Assembly: GCF_036365525.1 (NCBI RefSeq) | Contig: NW_027140825.1 | Coordinates: 1,240,001 to 1,304,000, forward strand | Length of the DNA: 64,000 bases | Direction: 5' to 3' | Source: Heterodontus francisci | Taxonomy: Eukaryota | Shown: in pieces, positions 12,520-25,609 of the stretch | Position numbering within the stretch: position 1 is the stretch's first letter | Layout of the letters: every line of letters begins with the position of its first letter | Notes under the pieces: generated by a model | Told to the model about the DNA's origin: nothing | What the model saw: the letters and a program-made list of their open reading frames with translations, nothing else | Databases searched by the model: none | Program-made: the position numbers and the translations under genes

Positions 12520-13557
12520 GTATGTTTAAATTCTGTCACAATCACTGTTTTACATTTGATCAACTGATTAATGATCTCAACAAGACTGTGCGGCGGTGAC
12601 TTGTGAAATCAGCAATCAATTATTGAATATAAGACAGTGAACTCATTAATCTGTTCCCCCTTTTTTGGCAACAAAATTGTTAAGAATATACTGTTAACCA
12701 TATAACATCTACACCCACTTTTACTCATGTAGATTTCACTATTCTGCTTTACATCTGTACAGATACTGGCAGGAAATTAGGACAAAGACTGAATTTGTAT
12801 CGTTAATTCTGCGGGTAATAATCCTCTGCAGGAGAGGATGAAACACTGAGAAGGAGGATGAATTTCGGGAAGTGACTTGAAGAAGCCCACAGCATGGGTT
12901 TCACTGGGAAAGTAACAAACACAGCTTGTTGCAGTTGCACCATGCTGCCACTGGTCGGCGCAGTGGCTCCACTATATTTCGCGCCACCACAGGCTTTGGC
13001 GCCGCTGATCAATGAGTCAATTCCTCTGCTTCTGCAATCTTTTCACTTTAAAGGCTAAATGCAGTTAGATTGCCACTTTACAGTGATGTTATATGAGCCG
13101 CTGCCATCGAACTATCCACCTTCTCTTCCTCCACTACTGATTTTCATTTGCAAAAGGATGTTAATAATCCCCTGTTGTGCACCATAAGCTCTGGAGTCAC
13201 TCAAAGCAGTTATCGTTGCACCGCCCCTTGTTTTTTTCACCTACCCTCTCCAACACCTCGCTACCTTCAGAATTTCCCTCGCCGCAGCATGAAAGCAAGC
13301 TCACAAAGGGACGGGAATGAAGATATTGGCAGCAGAGTAGAAAGTGGGGTGGAAGGAGGGAAATGGAGAGAAGAAACAAGTGGAAAGGGGCGGAAGGAAG
13401 CAAACAAAAGAATGGGGGACAACTTAAAGGTAGGGGCGGGGATCATTGCCTTGAGATAACTTCCTCCTATGACGGTCCGCTCTGCCTACACCTCATCTCT
13501 CTCCCTCCCTTAAAACCCAGAGTAACCAGCAGAAAGTCTCTCAGATCCACCGCAAAC

Positions 13558-14263
13558 ATGCCTTTCAGTTTCATCGTCTTTGCTATTTCCCTTCTGGCGC
13601 TGAGTAGGTTAAAATTCTGTTCCAATCACTCTTCTACATTTGTTTAACTGAAAGGGATGATTAATGATCTCAATAAAACTGTGAAATTCAGCAATCAATC
13701 ATTTAATATAAGATAGTGAACTCTATCCCCTAGTCCCCTCGTTTGGGAAGATGATGTTAACTCTTTAATGTTTGCACCCACTTGCAAGCTTGTGGATTCC
13801 ACAATTCTATTTTACAGTTGTAAAGATCCAGGTTCTTGTAGGAAATTAGGACACAGACCGAATTTCCGTCATTAATTTGGTGCAACACCGACGTCCATCG
13901 TCTCAATTGTAACTCCATCGATACTAGTTCATTCCCTCTAATTTCTCTTTCTAGGTGTTTGCCGGGGTGATGTGATACATCAATGGCCTCAGTCACTGGC
14001 TGTTAAACAACCAGGACCCGTGGAAATGAACTGTCTGCAGATAGCAAAGATTCGCAACTCCATGGACTGGTATTGTCAGTCCCCCGGCAGAGGATTCCTG
14101 TTAATCGGGTTTAACTTTCTAAGCAATGAACCTCAGTATGAAGATGGTTTTAAGAGCGGGTTTGTTATTACCAGGACTCTGGACAATAAGAAATCCACTC
14201 TGACGATCGAGAGTGTGAACGCCACGGACGAGGCGGTGTATTTCTGTGCAGCTGGTGATGGGA
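13558..14263 (+). CDS. TRBV: TCR beta-type V gene segment V4; leader 13558-13603, V exon 13955-14263
   Basis: Leader MPFSFIVFAISLLAL, phase-1 intron, DVIHQWP..MNC..WYC..DEAVYFCAAGDG, 23-RSS. Confidence 0.9.
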
Positions 14264-14302
14264 CACAGCGGTTCAGAGTCATTGGCCGCCTTGACAAAAA
14301 CC
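14264..14302 (+). other. 23-RSS (V4)
   Basis: CACAGCG + 23 nt + ACAAAAACC. Confidence 0.95.
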
Positions 14303-14629
14303 CTCACATGTCTCCCTTCAAACGGGTGCATTTAACCCAGCATTCGGTGTAGAGGAGCTCTGGGTGAGGGATGCGGATCTGCATCTGTTCAGTGCCCGTT
14401 CGAGTCGCAGAACGCCCATGTTCTAACTCCCCACAACCTCCAGACAGGCAACACACACTGTCTGTGCCCACACCTGAATAATGGCCCTTTGAAATACAAT
14501 TCAACCCGAACCTCAGATAGACCACACCTGGACAATTATGCACACTGGGCACAATTCTCAGCCCGATATGCCTTGTGTAGATGACGCCTGAAGTGCTGAG
14601 GACAGTTCAGACTTACAAATACCTTACTT

Positions 14630-15900
14630 AGAGCGCTTCTGGAACCCTGTGTACAGTTCTGGTCTTCATCGACCTTGGTTGGTCCAAATCTGCAGTGCTG
14701 TGCGGAGTGCTGGTCTCCATATTACACTGAGAGGTACGAGCAGAAGTGCAAAATGATTTACAAGAATGATACCAGAGCACAAAGGTTATAACTATCAGGA
14801 AAGATAGAAAAGTCTGGGATTCTTTTCCCCAGTCAAGAGAAGGCTGAGGGGTGACCTGATAGAGGTGTTCAAGATTATGAAGGAATATGATAGGGTAGAG
14901 GTGAGAAGATGTCTGCACTTGTAGGGAAGGCCAGGAATACATCATACTCACTAATAACTCCCAGAAATGAATTTATACAGAGTGGTGAGAATGTGGAATT
15001 CGGTGGCACACAGAAAAAAATGATGTGTATAACCAGATATATGTAAATGGATGCTGGATAAAAACATTAGGGAGCAGGAAATAGCACGTCATACTGATAG
15101 GGATGGATGAAGACATTGTTTATGTTCTTTCATCAGATGTGGGAATAAAATGTGAGAATAAGCTAACCAGCAATATAAACACAGATGGTAGGAGCTTTTA
15201 CATAGAAAGCAAGAGAGTAGCTAAAGTTGACGTTGGTCCCTTAGAGGTAAAGACAGGAGAAATCACCATGGGGAATGGGGAAATGGCAGTGGAATTGAAC
15301 TAATATTTTGTACCTGTCTTCACAGTAGAAGACACAAGTTCCAGACCAGAAATAGGCAGTAATCTGGGGCCTAAAAAGAGTGAGGAAATTAAGGATATTC
15401 ATATCAATTGAGAAAATTTCTTGGAGAAACTCGAGGGATTAAAATCTGACAAGTCCCCTGGACCAGATGGATTACATCCTAGAGTTCTAAAAGAGATAGC
15501 TGCAGAGAGAGTGGAGGCGCTGGCTATGATTTTCCAGAATTCCTTAGATTCAGGAATGGTCCCATCGGATTGAAAGCTGACAAATGTTACACGGCTTTTC
15601 ATGAAATAAGGCAGCGAGAAATCTCAGGATAAGGGATCAATCATTCCGGACTGAGATGAGGAGAAATGACTTCACTCAAAGGGTTGTGAAACATTGGAAT
15701 TCTCTATCCCAGAGTGTTGTGGATGGTCCTTCATTGAATACATTTAAGGATGGGAGTTTTGATCCCTCAGGAAATCAAGGGATATGGGGAGCAGGCAGGA
15801 AAGTGGAATTGAAGCCCAAGATCAGCCATGATTGTATTGAATGATGGAGCAGGCTCGATGGGATATATGATCTACACCTGCTCCTATTTCTTGTGTTCTG
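14630..15900 (+). mobile_element. Degenerate CR1 LINE fragments (paralog ~21020-22070)
   Basis: RLRGDLIEVFKI, DKSPGPDGLHPRVLKE and FTQRVV..WNSL motifs. Confidence 0.8.
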
Positions 15901-16170
15901 TGGGTCTCAAGTCACATGTAGGTCAGACCAGGTAAGGACGGTGGATTTCCTTCACTAAAAGACATGAGTGAGCCAGCTGGGTGACAGGGCCCCTTAACTG
16001 AGACTAGCTTTCAATTGCAGATTTTCTGATGAAATAATTAAATTTATTCATTAATTGAATTTAAATTCCACCATCTGACCTGGTGGGATTCGAACGCATG
16101 TCGCCTGGAGATTAGCCCCATCCTCTGGATTACCAGCTCAGTGACATGACAAGTACACCGCCATCTGCCC
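15900..16170 (-). mobile_element. tRNA-derived SINE-like fragment (paralog ~22075-22340)
   Basis: Reverse B-box-like GTTCGAATCCC (GGGATTCGAAC on +). Confidence 0.55.
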
Positions 16171-16804
16171 CAGGCTAGTCTGGAACATGGTCCCATCGGG
16201 CCGAATAGCCTGAATCTGTGCTGCATCTTCTATCAAATTCGATGTCACTAGCGTCACCAGCCGAAGCAATGGATAAAAAATGGGAAGACGGAGCAATTTC
16301 AAAGCATGTCTTCATAATGCCTATTTTATCAATTGCACTGTGCAAACCACAGGTGCCTGTAGTTACACATGACAGCCACGAGGTGGAGATGGAGCTCCAC
16401 CGCAGCCTGAGTCCCACTTGCTTCTGTAAAGACTGAGCGAGCAATGCAGCAGTGACTTGACCAATCTACCCAATAGTCAATTCCACTAACACTGAAACAG
16501 ATTAAAATCATAACCATTCCACACAAAATAGACAATTGGATTTCCCCAAGTCTGCTCGTTCATAGTAAATGGTTTGAGCAAACACTTGTGATATACTAAA
16601 ACAGATGATCGGAAGGAAGTAAAGAGAAGCAAATTCAGAAAACAGTGAAAGAAAAATGGAGAAGGAGGAATTTTATATAAAAACACATATTAAGGGATGT
16701 GCACATCACTGACAAGGTCAGTATTCATTACCTATGCCGAATTGCCCTGAACTGAATGACTTGCTAGCCCATTTCAGAGGCAGTTAACAGTGAAGTACAT
16801 TGCT

Positions 16805-17570
16805 ATCAGGTGATACATTTTCGCAGAAGGGAGACAGAGAGGAAATACAGACTTAATGACACAGGCCTAAAGAGTGTTCAAGGGCAGAGGGACCTGGGGG
16901 TTAATGTGCATAGATCTTTGAAGGTGGCAGGACATATTGAGATAGAGGTTCACGAAGCTTATGGGATCTTGGGATTCATGAATAGAGGTATAAAGTACAA
17001 AAGCAGGGCAGTTATGCTCAACATATATGAGGTTTTGGTTAGGCCCCAACTTGAGCATCGAGCCCGGTTCTGGTCACCACACTTTGGGAAGGATGTAAGG
17101 TCCTTGAGAGGGTGCAGAGTCGATCTACCGGGATGGTTCCAGGGATGAGAGATTTTAGCTGCATGGTTAGTTTGGTGAAGCTGGGGTTGTTCTCCTTGGA
17201 GCATAGGAAATTGAGGGGAGATTTGACAGAAGTGTACAAAATGAAGAGAGGTTGCAGAAAATAGACAAAGAAAATCTGTTCCCATGAGCTGTTGGATACA
17301 AGGACTGGGGGACACAGATGTAAGGTTTTGGGAAGAGATACAGGGGCGATGTGAGGAATATCTTGTTTACGCAGCGTGGTGTAATGATGTGGAACTCACT
17401 GCCTACCTGGATGCTGGAAGCAGAGAGAATGAATGATTTCAAAATGTAATTGGATGTGAACTTGGAGAGAAATAAACTTGCTTGGGGAATGGGACTAATT
17501 GGATTTCTGTATAGAGAGCTCACACGGACTCGAAGGGCCGAACGTGCTCCTCCTCTGCTGTTCTGACTCT
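16805..17570 (+). mobile_element. CR1 LINE 3' fragment (paralog ~22980-23480)
   Basis: QRDLGV, LVRPQLE, FWSPH peptides. Confidence 0.85.
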
Positions 17571-18077
17571 GCCCTCCTCGCATTCCTGTTCACATATGCT
17601 ATTGCTAATAGAATATTTTAGAATTCGCTGACAGATCTGCAATCGACTCCCAGAATAACTGTGGTTTATTGTAAATCGATGGCTCTGATCACACGTTTGC
17701 AGGCGTTATTTTATTCAGCAACTCCTGCTCTGGGCTCCCCTATACCAACTAATACCTGATCACACCGTGGACCCTACTCAACCCATTGAATGAAATAGAA
17801 GTAATTCCACTCATGCCCCACAATTGTTTTGTGGAACGAGGATCTGAGTGAGTTAACAACACTTCAATCTCAGATGACCGTGGACTGGAAGCTCAACAGT
17901 TGAAGCAATCCCCTGCCATGATAACTCACTTCCTCTCCCTTACTTTCAGGCTTGCAATATCCGTGACGCCATTTCCAGTCGTCTATGTTGCACTTTTTCC
18001 CCCATGTCTTCAACAAGAGGCGCCACATTCTTCCCACCTCTCCTGCTGCCAGACCACATCTTGGTTACCTCACCAAG

Positions 18078-18883
18078 ATGGAATTCAAACTCCTGCTCTG
18101 GGCCTTTTCATTGCTGATGCCGCGTAAGTAACTTCAGAATGCTACTATTGTTTCATTTAACGTGAGTTTCTTTAAGAAATACACTTACTGATCCGTATGT
18201 AATATCGTTCATTGATGTTGTCATTGTCCCCTTCATATAGAAACAGACATTGAGTTACTTTGCACTGATATTTGCTTCTATAACCGGTGCATGATCTGCC
18301 AGACAGGACCTCACTCTTATTCTTAGAAAACTGGAATAAATTACATTTAAAACTAAATTGAGATGAGAAAAGTTGGGGAATGAACTCATTGCATAGCTTT
18401 TTCAAAGAGCTAGCACAGGCCTGCTAGGATGAACGGCCTCCTTCACATGTTGGATGATTGTCTGAGCTCATATTCGATCAGAAAATGCACTGGGATGCAC
18501 TGCAGACTTTTCCTGATGTGGCTGCGTTAACTGAATCTTGGACCCTTTCCTTTCTTCCTCCCTTCCCACTACCCTAGATTGTTGTCGATGTGCCTCAGTG
18601 TCCCAGACACCCAGTGAACTGACTGTGGGACATGGGGAGAGCGCAACACTGACCTGTCAGCAGAAGGACACGGAGCACATCACCATGCTCTGGTACCGCC
18701 AGCACCACGGGCAAGGCCCCCAGCTTCTGGTGACGGACGTGTCTGGGAGCAAGCCTACTTTCCAGGAAGAGTTCGAGAGGCGATTCGAGGTGGTGAGAGC
18801 TGACATTCAAAGGAGCACTCTGAAAATTCAGACTGCAGGCCCCGGAGATAGGGCGATGTATTACTGCGCCGCCACTGAAGGAG
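18078..18883 (+). CDS. TRBV: TCR beta-type V gene segment V5; leader 18078-18123, V exon 18578-18883
   Basis: Leader MEFKLLLWAFSLLMP with phase-1 GTAAGT donor; SVSQTP..LTCQQ..MLWYRQ..DRAMYYCAATEG; 23-RSS. Confidence 0.92.
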
Positions 18884-18922
18884 CACAATGCTTCAAACCC
18901 CTTCCACACTATGACAATAACC
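18884..18922 (+). other. 23-RSS (V5)
   Basis: CACAATG + 23 nt + ACAATAACC. Confidence 0.9.
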
Positions 18923-19953
18923 ACTCAGGTTCATTGCTACAGCTATCCTCTTCTGTTCATCTCCTCGCCGTCTCGGGGTCTGACTTTGTCTGGTTGCCTT
19001 TGGAGTCTACATCTGTATCTTTCAGCTGCCAACCAGCTCTTATAGAGATAAATAGATGGCTCGGTAGCCTGAAAGACAGAGATATAAACAGACCAATGGA
19101 TAGATACATCTTAGTATCTTAGAATATCATCCTGTAACATTTGAATCCATCAGAAATATTACACAATATTGATCATCTGGTTAACAATTGAAATCAAAAT
19201 ATTGCCAGTTGTCATCGACATTCATAATCGCTGAATTGTTACAGCGCAGGAGGAGGACATTCGGCCCATCGTGTCTGCACTGGCTCTCCGAAAGAGCAAT
19301 GGGTTTCACTGGGAAAGTAACAAACACAGCTTGTTGCAGTTGCACAATGCTGCCACTGGTCGGCGCTATGGCTCCACGGTATTTCGCGCCACCACAGCCT
19401 TTGGCGCCGCTGATCAATGAGCCAATTCCTCTGCTTCTGCAATCTTTCCACTTTCAATGCTAAATGCAGTTAGATTTCCACTTTACAGTGATGTTACATG
19501 AACCGCCTCCGCTGCCATCGAACTATCCACCTTCTCTTCCTCCACTACTGATTTTAATTTGCAAAAGGATGTTAATAATCCCCTGTTCTGCACCGCTACC
19601 TCTGGAGACACCCAAAGCAGCTCTCGTTGCACCGCCCCTTGTATTTTCACCCACCTTCTCCAACACAGTTCCCCTCGCCTCGGCATGAAAGCAATCTCAC
19701 AAAGGGAAGAGAGTGAAGATATTTGCAGAGGAGTGGAAAGTGGGGTGGAAGGAGGAAAATGGAGAGAAGAAAAAAGTGGAAAGGGGCGGAAGGAAGCAAA
19801 CGAAAGAATGGGGGACAACTTAAAGTTAGGGGCAGGGCTCATTGCCTTGAGATAACTTCCTCTTATGACGATCCGCTCTGCCGACACCTCATCTCTCTCC
19901 CTCCCTTAAAACCCAGAGTAACCAGCAGAAAGTCTCTCAGATCCACCGCAAAC

Positions 19954-20687
19954 ATGCCTTTCAGTTTCATCGTCTTTGTTATTTCCCTTCTGGGGCTGAG
20001 TAGGTTAAAATTCTGTCCCAATCACTCTTCTACATTTGATCAACTGAAAGGGATGATTAATGATCTTAATAAAACTCAGCGGTGGTGACTTGTGAAATCA
20101 GTAATCGATTATTTCATACAAGACAGTGAACTCATTAATCTGTCCCCTAGTTTGGGAAGACAAGTGTTATTAATATGATGTTAACTCTTTAATGTTTGCA
20201 CCCACTTGCAAACTTGTGGATTCCACAATTCTATTTTACATTTGTAAAGATCCAGGTGCTTGTCGGAAATTAGGACACAGACCGAATTTCCGTCGTTAAT
20301 TTGGTGCAACACCAACGTCCATCGTCGCAATTGTAACTCCATCGATACTAGTTCATTCCCTCTAATTTCTCTTTCTAGGTGTTTGCCGGGGTGATGTGAT
20401 ACATCAATGGCCTCAGTCACTGGCTGTTAAACAACCAGGATCAGTGGAAATGAACTGTCTGCAGAAAGGAAAGATTCGCGACTACATGTACTGGTATCGT
20501 CAGTCCCCCGGCAGAGGATTCCTGTTAATCGGGTTTAACTTTCTAAGCAATGAACCTCAGTATGAAGAGGGTTTTAAGAGCGGGTTTGTTATTAGCAGGA
20601 CTCTGGACAATAAGAAATCCACTCTGACGATGGAGAGTGTGAACGCCACGGACGAGGCGGTGTATTTCTGTGCAGCTGGTGATGGGA
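19954..20687 (+). CDS. TRBV: TCR beta-type V gene segment V6; leader 19954-19999, V exon 20379-20687
   Basis: Leader MPFSFIVFVISLLGL; V exon with canonical MYWYRQ and DEAVYFCAAGDG; 23-RSS. Confidence 0.92.
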
Positions 20688-20726
20688 CACAGCGGTTCAG
20701 AGTCATTGGCCGCCTTGACAAAAACC
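20688..20726 (+). other. 23-RSS (V6)
   Basis: CACAGCG + 23 nt + ACAAAAACC. Confidence 0.95.
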
Positions 20727-23599
20727 CTCACACGTCTCCCTTCAAACGGGTGCATTTAACCCAGCATTCGGTGAAGAGCAGCCCTGGCTGATCGGATGCG
20801 GATCTGCATCTGTTCAGTGCCCGTTCGAGTGGCAGAACGCCCATGTTCTAACTCCCCACAACCTCCAGACAGACAACACACACTGTCTCTGCCCACACCT
20901 GTATAATGGTTCATCGAACAGCTCTTCAACCCGTACCACGGTTTGACCACACCTGGAGCACTGTGCACAATTCTCAGCTCTATATACTTTGTTTAGACGA
21001 CACCTGAAGTGCGGAGGACAATGCTGAGGGGTGACCTGATAGAGGTGCTCAAGATTATGAAGGAATATGATAGGGTAGAGGAATAGAAGATGTCTGCACT
21101 TGTAGGGAAGGTCATTAATACATCATACTCACTAATAACTCCAAGAAATGAATTTACACAGAGTGGTGAGAATGTGGAATTCACTAGCACACAGAAATAA
21201 ATGATGTGTATAACCAGATATATGTAAATGGATGCTGGATAAAAACATTAGGGAGCAGGAAATAGCACCTCATACTGATAGGGCTGGATGAAGACATTGT
21301 TTATGTTCTTTCATCGGATGTGGGAATAAAATGTGAGAATAAGCTAACCAGCAATATAAAAACAGATGGTAGGAGCTTTTACATAAAAAGTAAGAGAGTA
21401 GCTAAAGTTGATGTTGGCCCCTTAGAGGTAAAGACAGGAGAAATTATCATGGGGAATGGGGGAATTGAACTAATATTTTGTGTCTGTCTTCACAGTTGAA
21501 GACACAAGTTCCATCCCAGAAATAGGAAGTTATCTGGGGGCTAAAAAGAGTGAGGAAATTAAGGATTTTCATATCAATTGAGAAAAAGTGTTCGAGAAAT
21601 TTGAGGGATGAAAATCTGACAAGTCCCCTGGAGCAGATGGATTACATCCCAGGGTTCTAAAAGAGATAGCTGCAGAGATAGTGGAGGCACTGGCTATGAT
21701 TTTCCAGAATTCCTTAGATTCAGGAATGGTGCCATCGGATTGAACGCTGACAAATGTTACACGGCTTTTCAAAAAAGGAGGTAATGAGAAATCTCAGGAC
21801 AGGGGATCAATCATTCCGAACTGAGATGAGGAGAAATTGCTTCACTCAAAGCGTTGTGAATCTTTGGAATTCTCTACCCCAGAGTGTTGTGGATGCTCCT
21901 TCATTGAATACATTTAAGGCTGGGATTTCTGATCCCTCAGGAAATCAAGGGATATGGGGAGTAGGCAGGAAAGTGGAATTGAAGCCCAAGATCAGCCATG
22001 ATTGTATTGAATGACGGAGCAAGCTCGATGGGATATATGGTCTACACCTGCTCCTATTTCTTGTGTTCTGTGGGTCTGGAGTCACATGTAGACCAGACCA
22101 GGTAAGGAAGGCGGATTCCCTTCCCTAAAAGACATGAGTGAGCCAGCTGGGTGACAGGGCCCCTTAACTGAGACTAGCTTTCAATTGCAGATTTTCTGAT
22201 GAAATAATTATATTTATTCATTAATTGAATTTAAATTCCACCATCTGACCTGGTGGGATTCGAACGCATGTCCCCTGGAGATTAGCCCCATTCTCTGGAT
22301 TACCAGCTCAGTGACATGACAAGTACACTGCCATCTGCCCCAGGCTAGTCTGGAACATGGTCCCATCGGGCCGAATAGCCTGAATCCATGCTGCATCTTC
22401 TATCTAATTCGATGTCACCAGCGTCACCAGCCGAAGCAATGGATAAAAAATGGGAAGACGGAGCAATTTCAAAGCATGTCTTCATAATGCCTATTTTATC
22501 AATTGCACTTTGCAAATCTCAGGTGCCTGTAGTTACACATGACAGCCACGAGGTGGTGATGGAGCTCCACCGCAGCCTGAGTCCAACTTGCTTCTGTCAA
22601 GACTGACTGAGCAATGCAGCAGTGACTTGACCCATCTACCTAATAGTCAATTCCACTAACTCTGAAACAGATTAAAATCATAACCATTCCACACAAAATA
22701 GACAACTGGATTTCCCCAAGTCTGCTCGTTCATAGTCACTGGTTTGACCAACACTTGTGATATACAAAAACAGATGATCTGAAGGAAGTAAAGAGGGGAA
22801 GCAAAGTGAGAAAACAGTGAAATAAAAATGAAGAAGGAGACATTTTATATAAAAACACATATTCAGGGATGCGCACATCACTGACAAGGCAAGAATTCAT
22901 TACCTATGCTGAATTTCCCTTAACTGAATGACTTGCTAGTCCATTTCAGAGGCAGTTAACAGTGAACTACATTGCTATCAGGTGATGCATTTTGGCAGAA
23001 GGGAGACAGAGAGGAAATACTGACTTAATGACACAGGCCTGAAGAGTGTTCAAGGACAGAGGGACCTGGGGCTTAATGTGCATAGATCTTTGAAGTTGGC
23101 AGGACATATTGAGAGAGAGGTTCGCAAAGCTTATGGGATCTTGGGATTCATGAATAGAGGTATAAAGTACAAAAGCAGGGAGGGCATGCTCAACATATAT
23201 GAGGTTCTGGTTGGGCCCCAACTTGTGTACTGAGCCCGGTTCTGGTCACCACACTTGAGGAAGGATGTAGGGTCCTTGAGAGGGTGCAGAGGAGATTTAC
23301 TGGAATGGTTCCAGGGATGAGAGAGTTTAGCTGCATGGTTAGGTTGGTGAAGCTGGGGTTGTTCTCCTTGGAGCAAAGGAGATTGAGGGGAGATTTGATA
23401 GAAGTGTACAAAATGAAGAGAGGTTTAGATAAAGTAGACAAAGAAAAACTGTTCCCATTAGCTGATTGTACAAAGACTAGGGGACGAAGTGGATAGGAAT
23501 AAAACAGAGAATAAAAGCTGCGATAAACTGAAATCTGGTGGGGAATTCACGAGAATTCTTTACCCAAAATACAGAATTCACTGTCAGCAGAAACTGCTG

Positions 23600-23940
23600 A
23601 GACAAAGACAGGGAAAGGAAGAGGCCATTCAGCCCCTCAAATCTGTACCACCATTCAATGAGATCATGGCTGATCTGTGATCTAACTCCATATTCCCGCC
23701 TTTGCCCCATATCCCTGAATATATTTTGGATCACAAAAACCTATTCATCTCCGATTTCAAATTAACAATTGATTCAGCATCAATTTCCGTGAGCAGAAGA
23801 GAGTTCAAACCTCTCCACCCATTGTGTGTAAAAGTGTTTCCTAATTTCACTCCTGAAAGGTCTGGCTCTAATTTTTAGTCTTTGCCTCTTAGTCCTAGAT
23901 TCCCAAACCAGCGGTTATAGTTTCTCTCTATCTACTCCCA
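23600..23940 (-). mobile_element. CR1 LINE 3' end fragment
   Basis: GAGGCCATTCAGCCCCTC..GATCATGGCTGATCTG 3'UTR-type sequence shared with other CR1 ends in the window. Confidence 0.7.
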
Positions 23941-23956
23941 AAGACTAAATAAATAC

Positions 23957-24064
23957 AACTTCAAACTGGAGACCTCCAGCCTGCGGGAGAATCACTCGGC
24001 CGTGTATTTCTGTGCCTGGAGAGATCACAGTGACTCAGAGAGATGGAGCAGTTCAACAAAAAAA
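23957..24064 (+). pseudogene. 5'-truncated V pseudogene (V8 paralog) retaining its 23-RSS at 24026-24064
   Basis: NFKLETSSLRENHSAVYFCAWRD then CACAGTG + 23 nt + ACAAAAAAA; the upstream V sequence is replaced by CR1. Confidence 0.9.
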
Positions 24065-24459
24065 ACAAAGGCAGCAGGAAACACCTGTTTCAGATAAAAT
24101 TGCTCGGTACCTTGACCTACTGTTCCCTTATTCAGAGTGACAGTGTTTATTGCAATAAAAAGAGTTGAGTTATGATTGTAGTGACACACTAGATTTACAG
24201 GTACTGCCGAGGGTGCAATGAACGATTAATAAGGATGTCACGAGATTTCAGAATGTAACTATCAGGAATCAATGACAATAATCTGGGTTTTTATGCACTG
24301 GCCCTGTGTTTACCTTCTCCACAGGGACAGCAGAGGGGGATCCAGCACCATGGACCGGACAATGGCTTTGAGAAGGATTTAGTGAGAAAACTGAAAGAGC
24401 AGGAGATCATGTAGATCCAGCTTGATACACATCAACAGGACAAGGACACCCACTTCGTT

Positions 24460-24970
24460 AGAGAGAGAAAGAGAGTGTATGTGTGTGTGAGAGAGAGATC
24501 TAGTGAGAGAGAGGAAAAACGACAGGTAGAGTTAAAGAGACTGAGACAGAGAGGGAGACGGAGATAGAGGCAAAGACAGTGAGACAGCAAGAGACACATA
24601 ATGAGAGAGAGAAAGACACTGAGAGAGAAAGAGTGACTGAGATAAAGAACCTGCGACAGATAGGGAGATAGATCTAGAGAGAGACAGAGAGAGGGAAAAA
24701 AACTGAAGAGATAAGAAGAGTAAGAGAGAGGGAGAGAGAGAGAAGGAGGGAATGGGTGACATAACCTTAGATACATGAGGAGACAGAGAGTCAGAGAGAG
24801 AAAGTGAGTGAAGATAAACTGAGTTAGAGAGGGAGAGAGAGTCTGAGAAAGGAAGAGAGTGAGAGACATAAACCTAGACACATGAGGGGGAGAGAGAGAG
24901 AGAGACAGAGAGAGAGTGCAAGAGAGCGGAAGGTAAACTGAGATAGAGATAGATAGAGAGAGAGAGAAGC
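24460..24970. repeat. GA-rich low-complexity tract
   Basis: Direct inspection. Confidence 0.85.
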
Positions 24971-25156
24971 AGAATGGCAGCCAATTCAATTCTGATTTGT
25001 TGAACTGGGTGAATGGGCGTCTCCAACATTGTATCACATCCTAATGCTCTTCATGTTCCTCCCAATGATTTGAAAAGAGTGGATTTGGACCGTTACAAGA
25101 CTCTAAGCTCCTGATCTCACTCCTGTGTCTATTAAGAGAACAAGTTGTAGTGAAAG

Positions 25157-25609
25157 ATGAATCTGTTACTGGGTCTGATAATCCTGTTTCATTGTAAGTG
25201 AGTGTGAAATACAAAAACTATCGTTAATAACTTTCCTCTCTTCTCCCTGTCTCCCTTTCATTCCCAGAAGTTTCCTGTTTACTGATCTGCTCTTCTCTCC
25301 ATCTCTCTCCCAGATGTGAACTCACAGACTATCCACCAGACTCCCGCCGCTGTCTCCAGATTGCGTGGAGAGGCAGTGGAACTGAGGTGCACATTGGAGG
25401 GCACCAGTACTGCTAGAATGTACTGGTACAGACAATACCCGGGGAAGGAGCCGCTGTTGATGTTTTACTCCAGTACTGCTAACTATGTAGATCCAGAGGG
25501 GACGGTGGGCGGTTTCACCGCCGAGAGACCAACTGACTCCCAGTTCAACCTTGAGTCCTCCAGCCTGCGGGAGAATCACTCGGCCGTGTATTTCTGTGCC
25601 TGGAGTCTT
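25157..25609 (+). CDS. TRBV: TCR beta V gene segment V8, strongly TRBV30-like; leader 25157-25193, V exon 25314-25609
   Basis: Leader MNLLLGLIILFH, GTAAGT donor, 120-nt intron; SQTIHQTPA..CTLEGTS..YWYRQ..MFYS..AERPTDSQF.L..CAWS; consensus 23-RSS. Confidence 0.93.

Larger units (their letters stand above)
12890..23480 (+). repeat. Segmental duplication, offset ~6.2-6.4 kb (~12890-17290 vs ~19297-23480), carrying V4 and V6
   Basis: Collinear near-identity of promoter, V, RSS and downstream LINE/SINE fragments. Confidence 0.93.

Noticed and set aside
18578-18595. Cys cluster (HCCRC) at the start of the V5 exon as extra disulfides
   Set aside because: Lies in the leader part 2 before SVSQTP and is probably removed with the signal peptide
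24286-24345. Possible D-beta (GGGACAG..GGGG) with an upstream nonamer-like GGTTTTTAT
   Set aside because: Heptamer/spacer geometry is wrong and there is no 3' 23-RSS; it aligns instead with the CTCF-like region at 26800-26840
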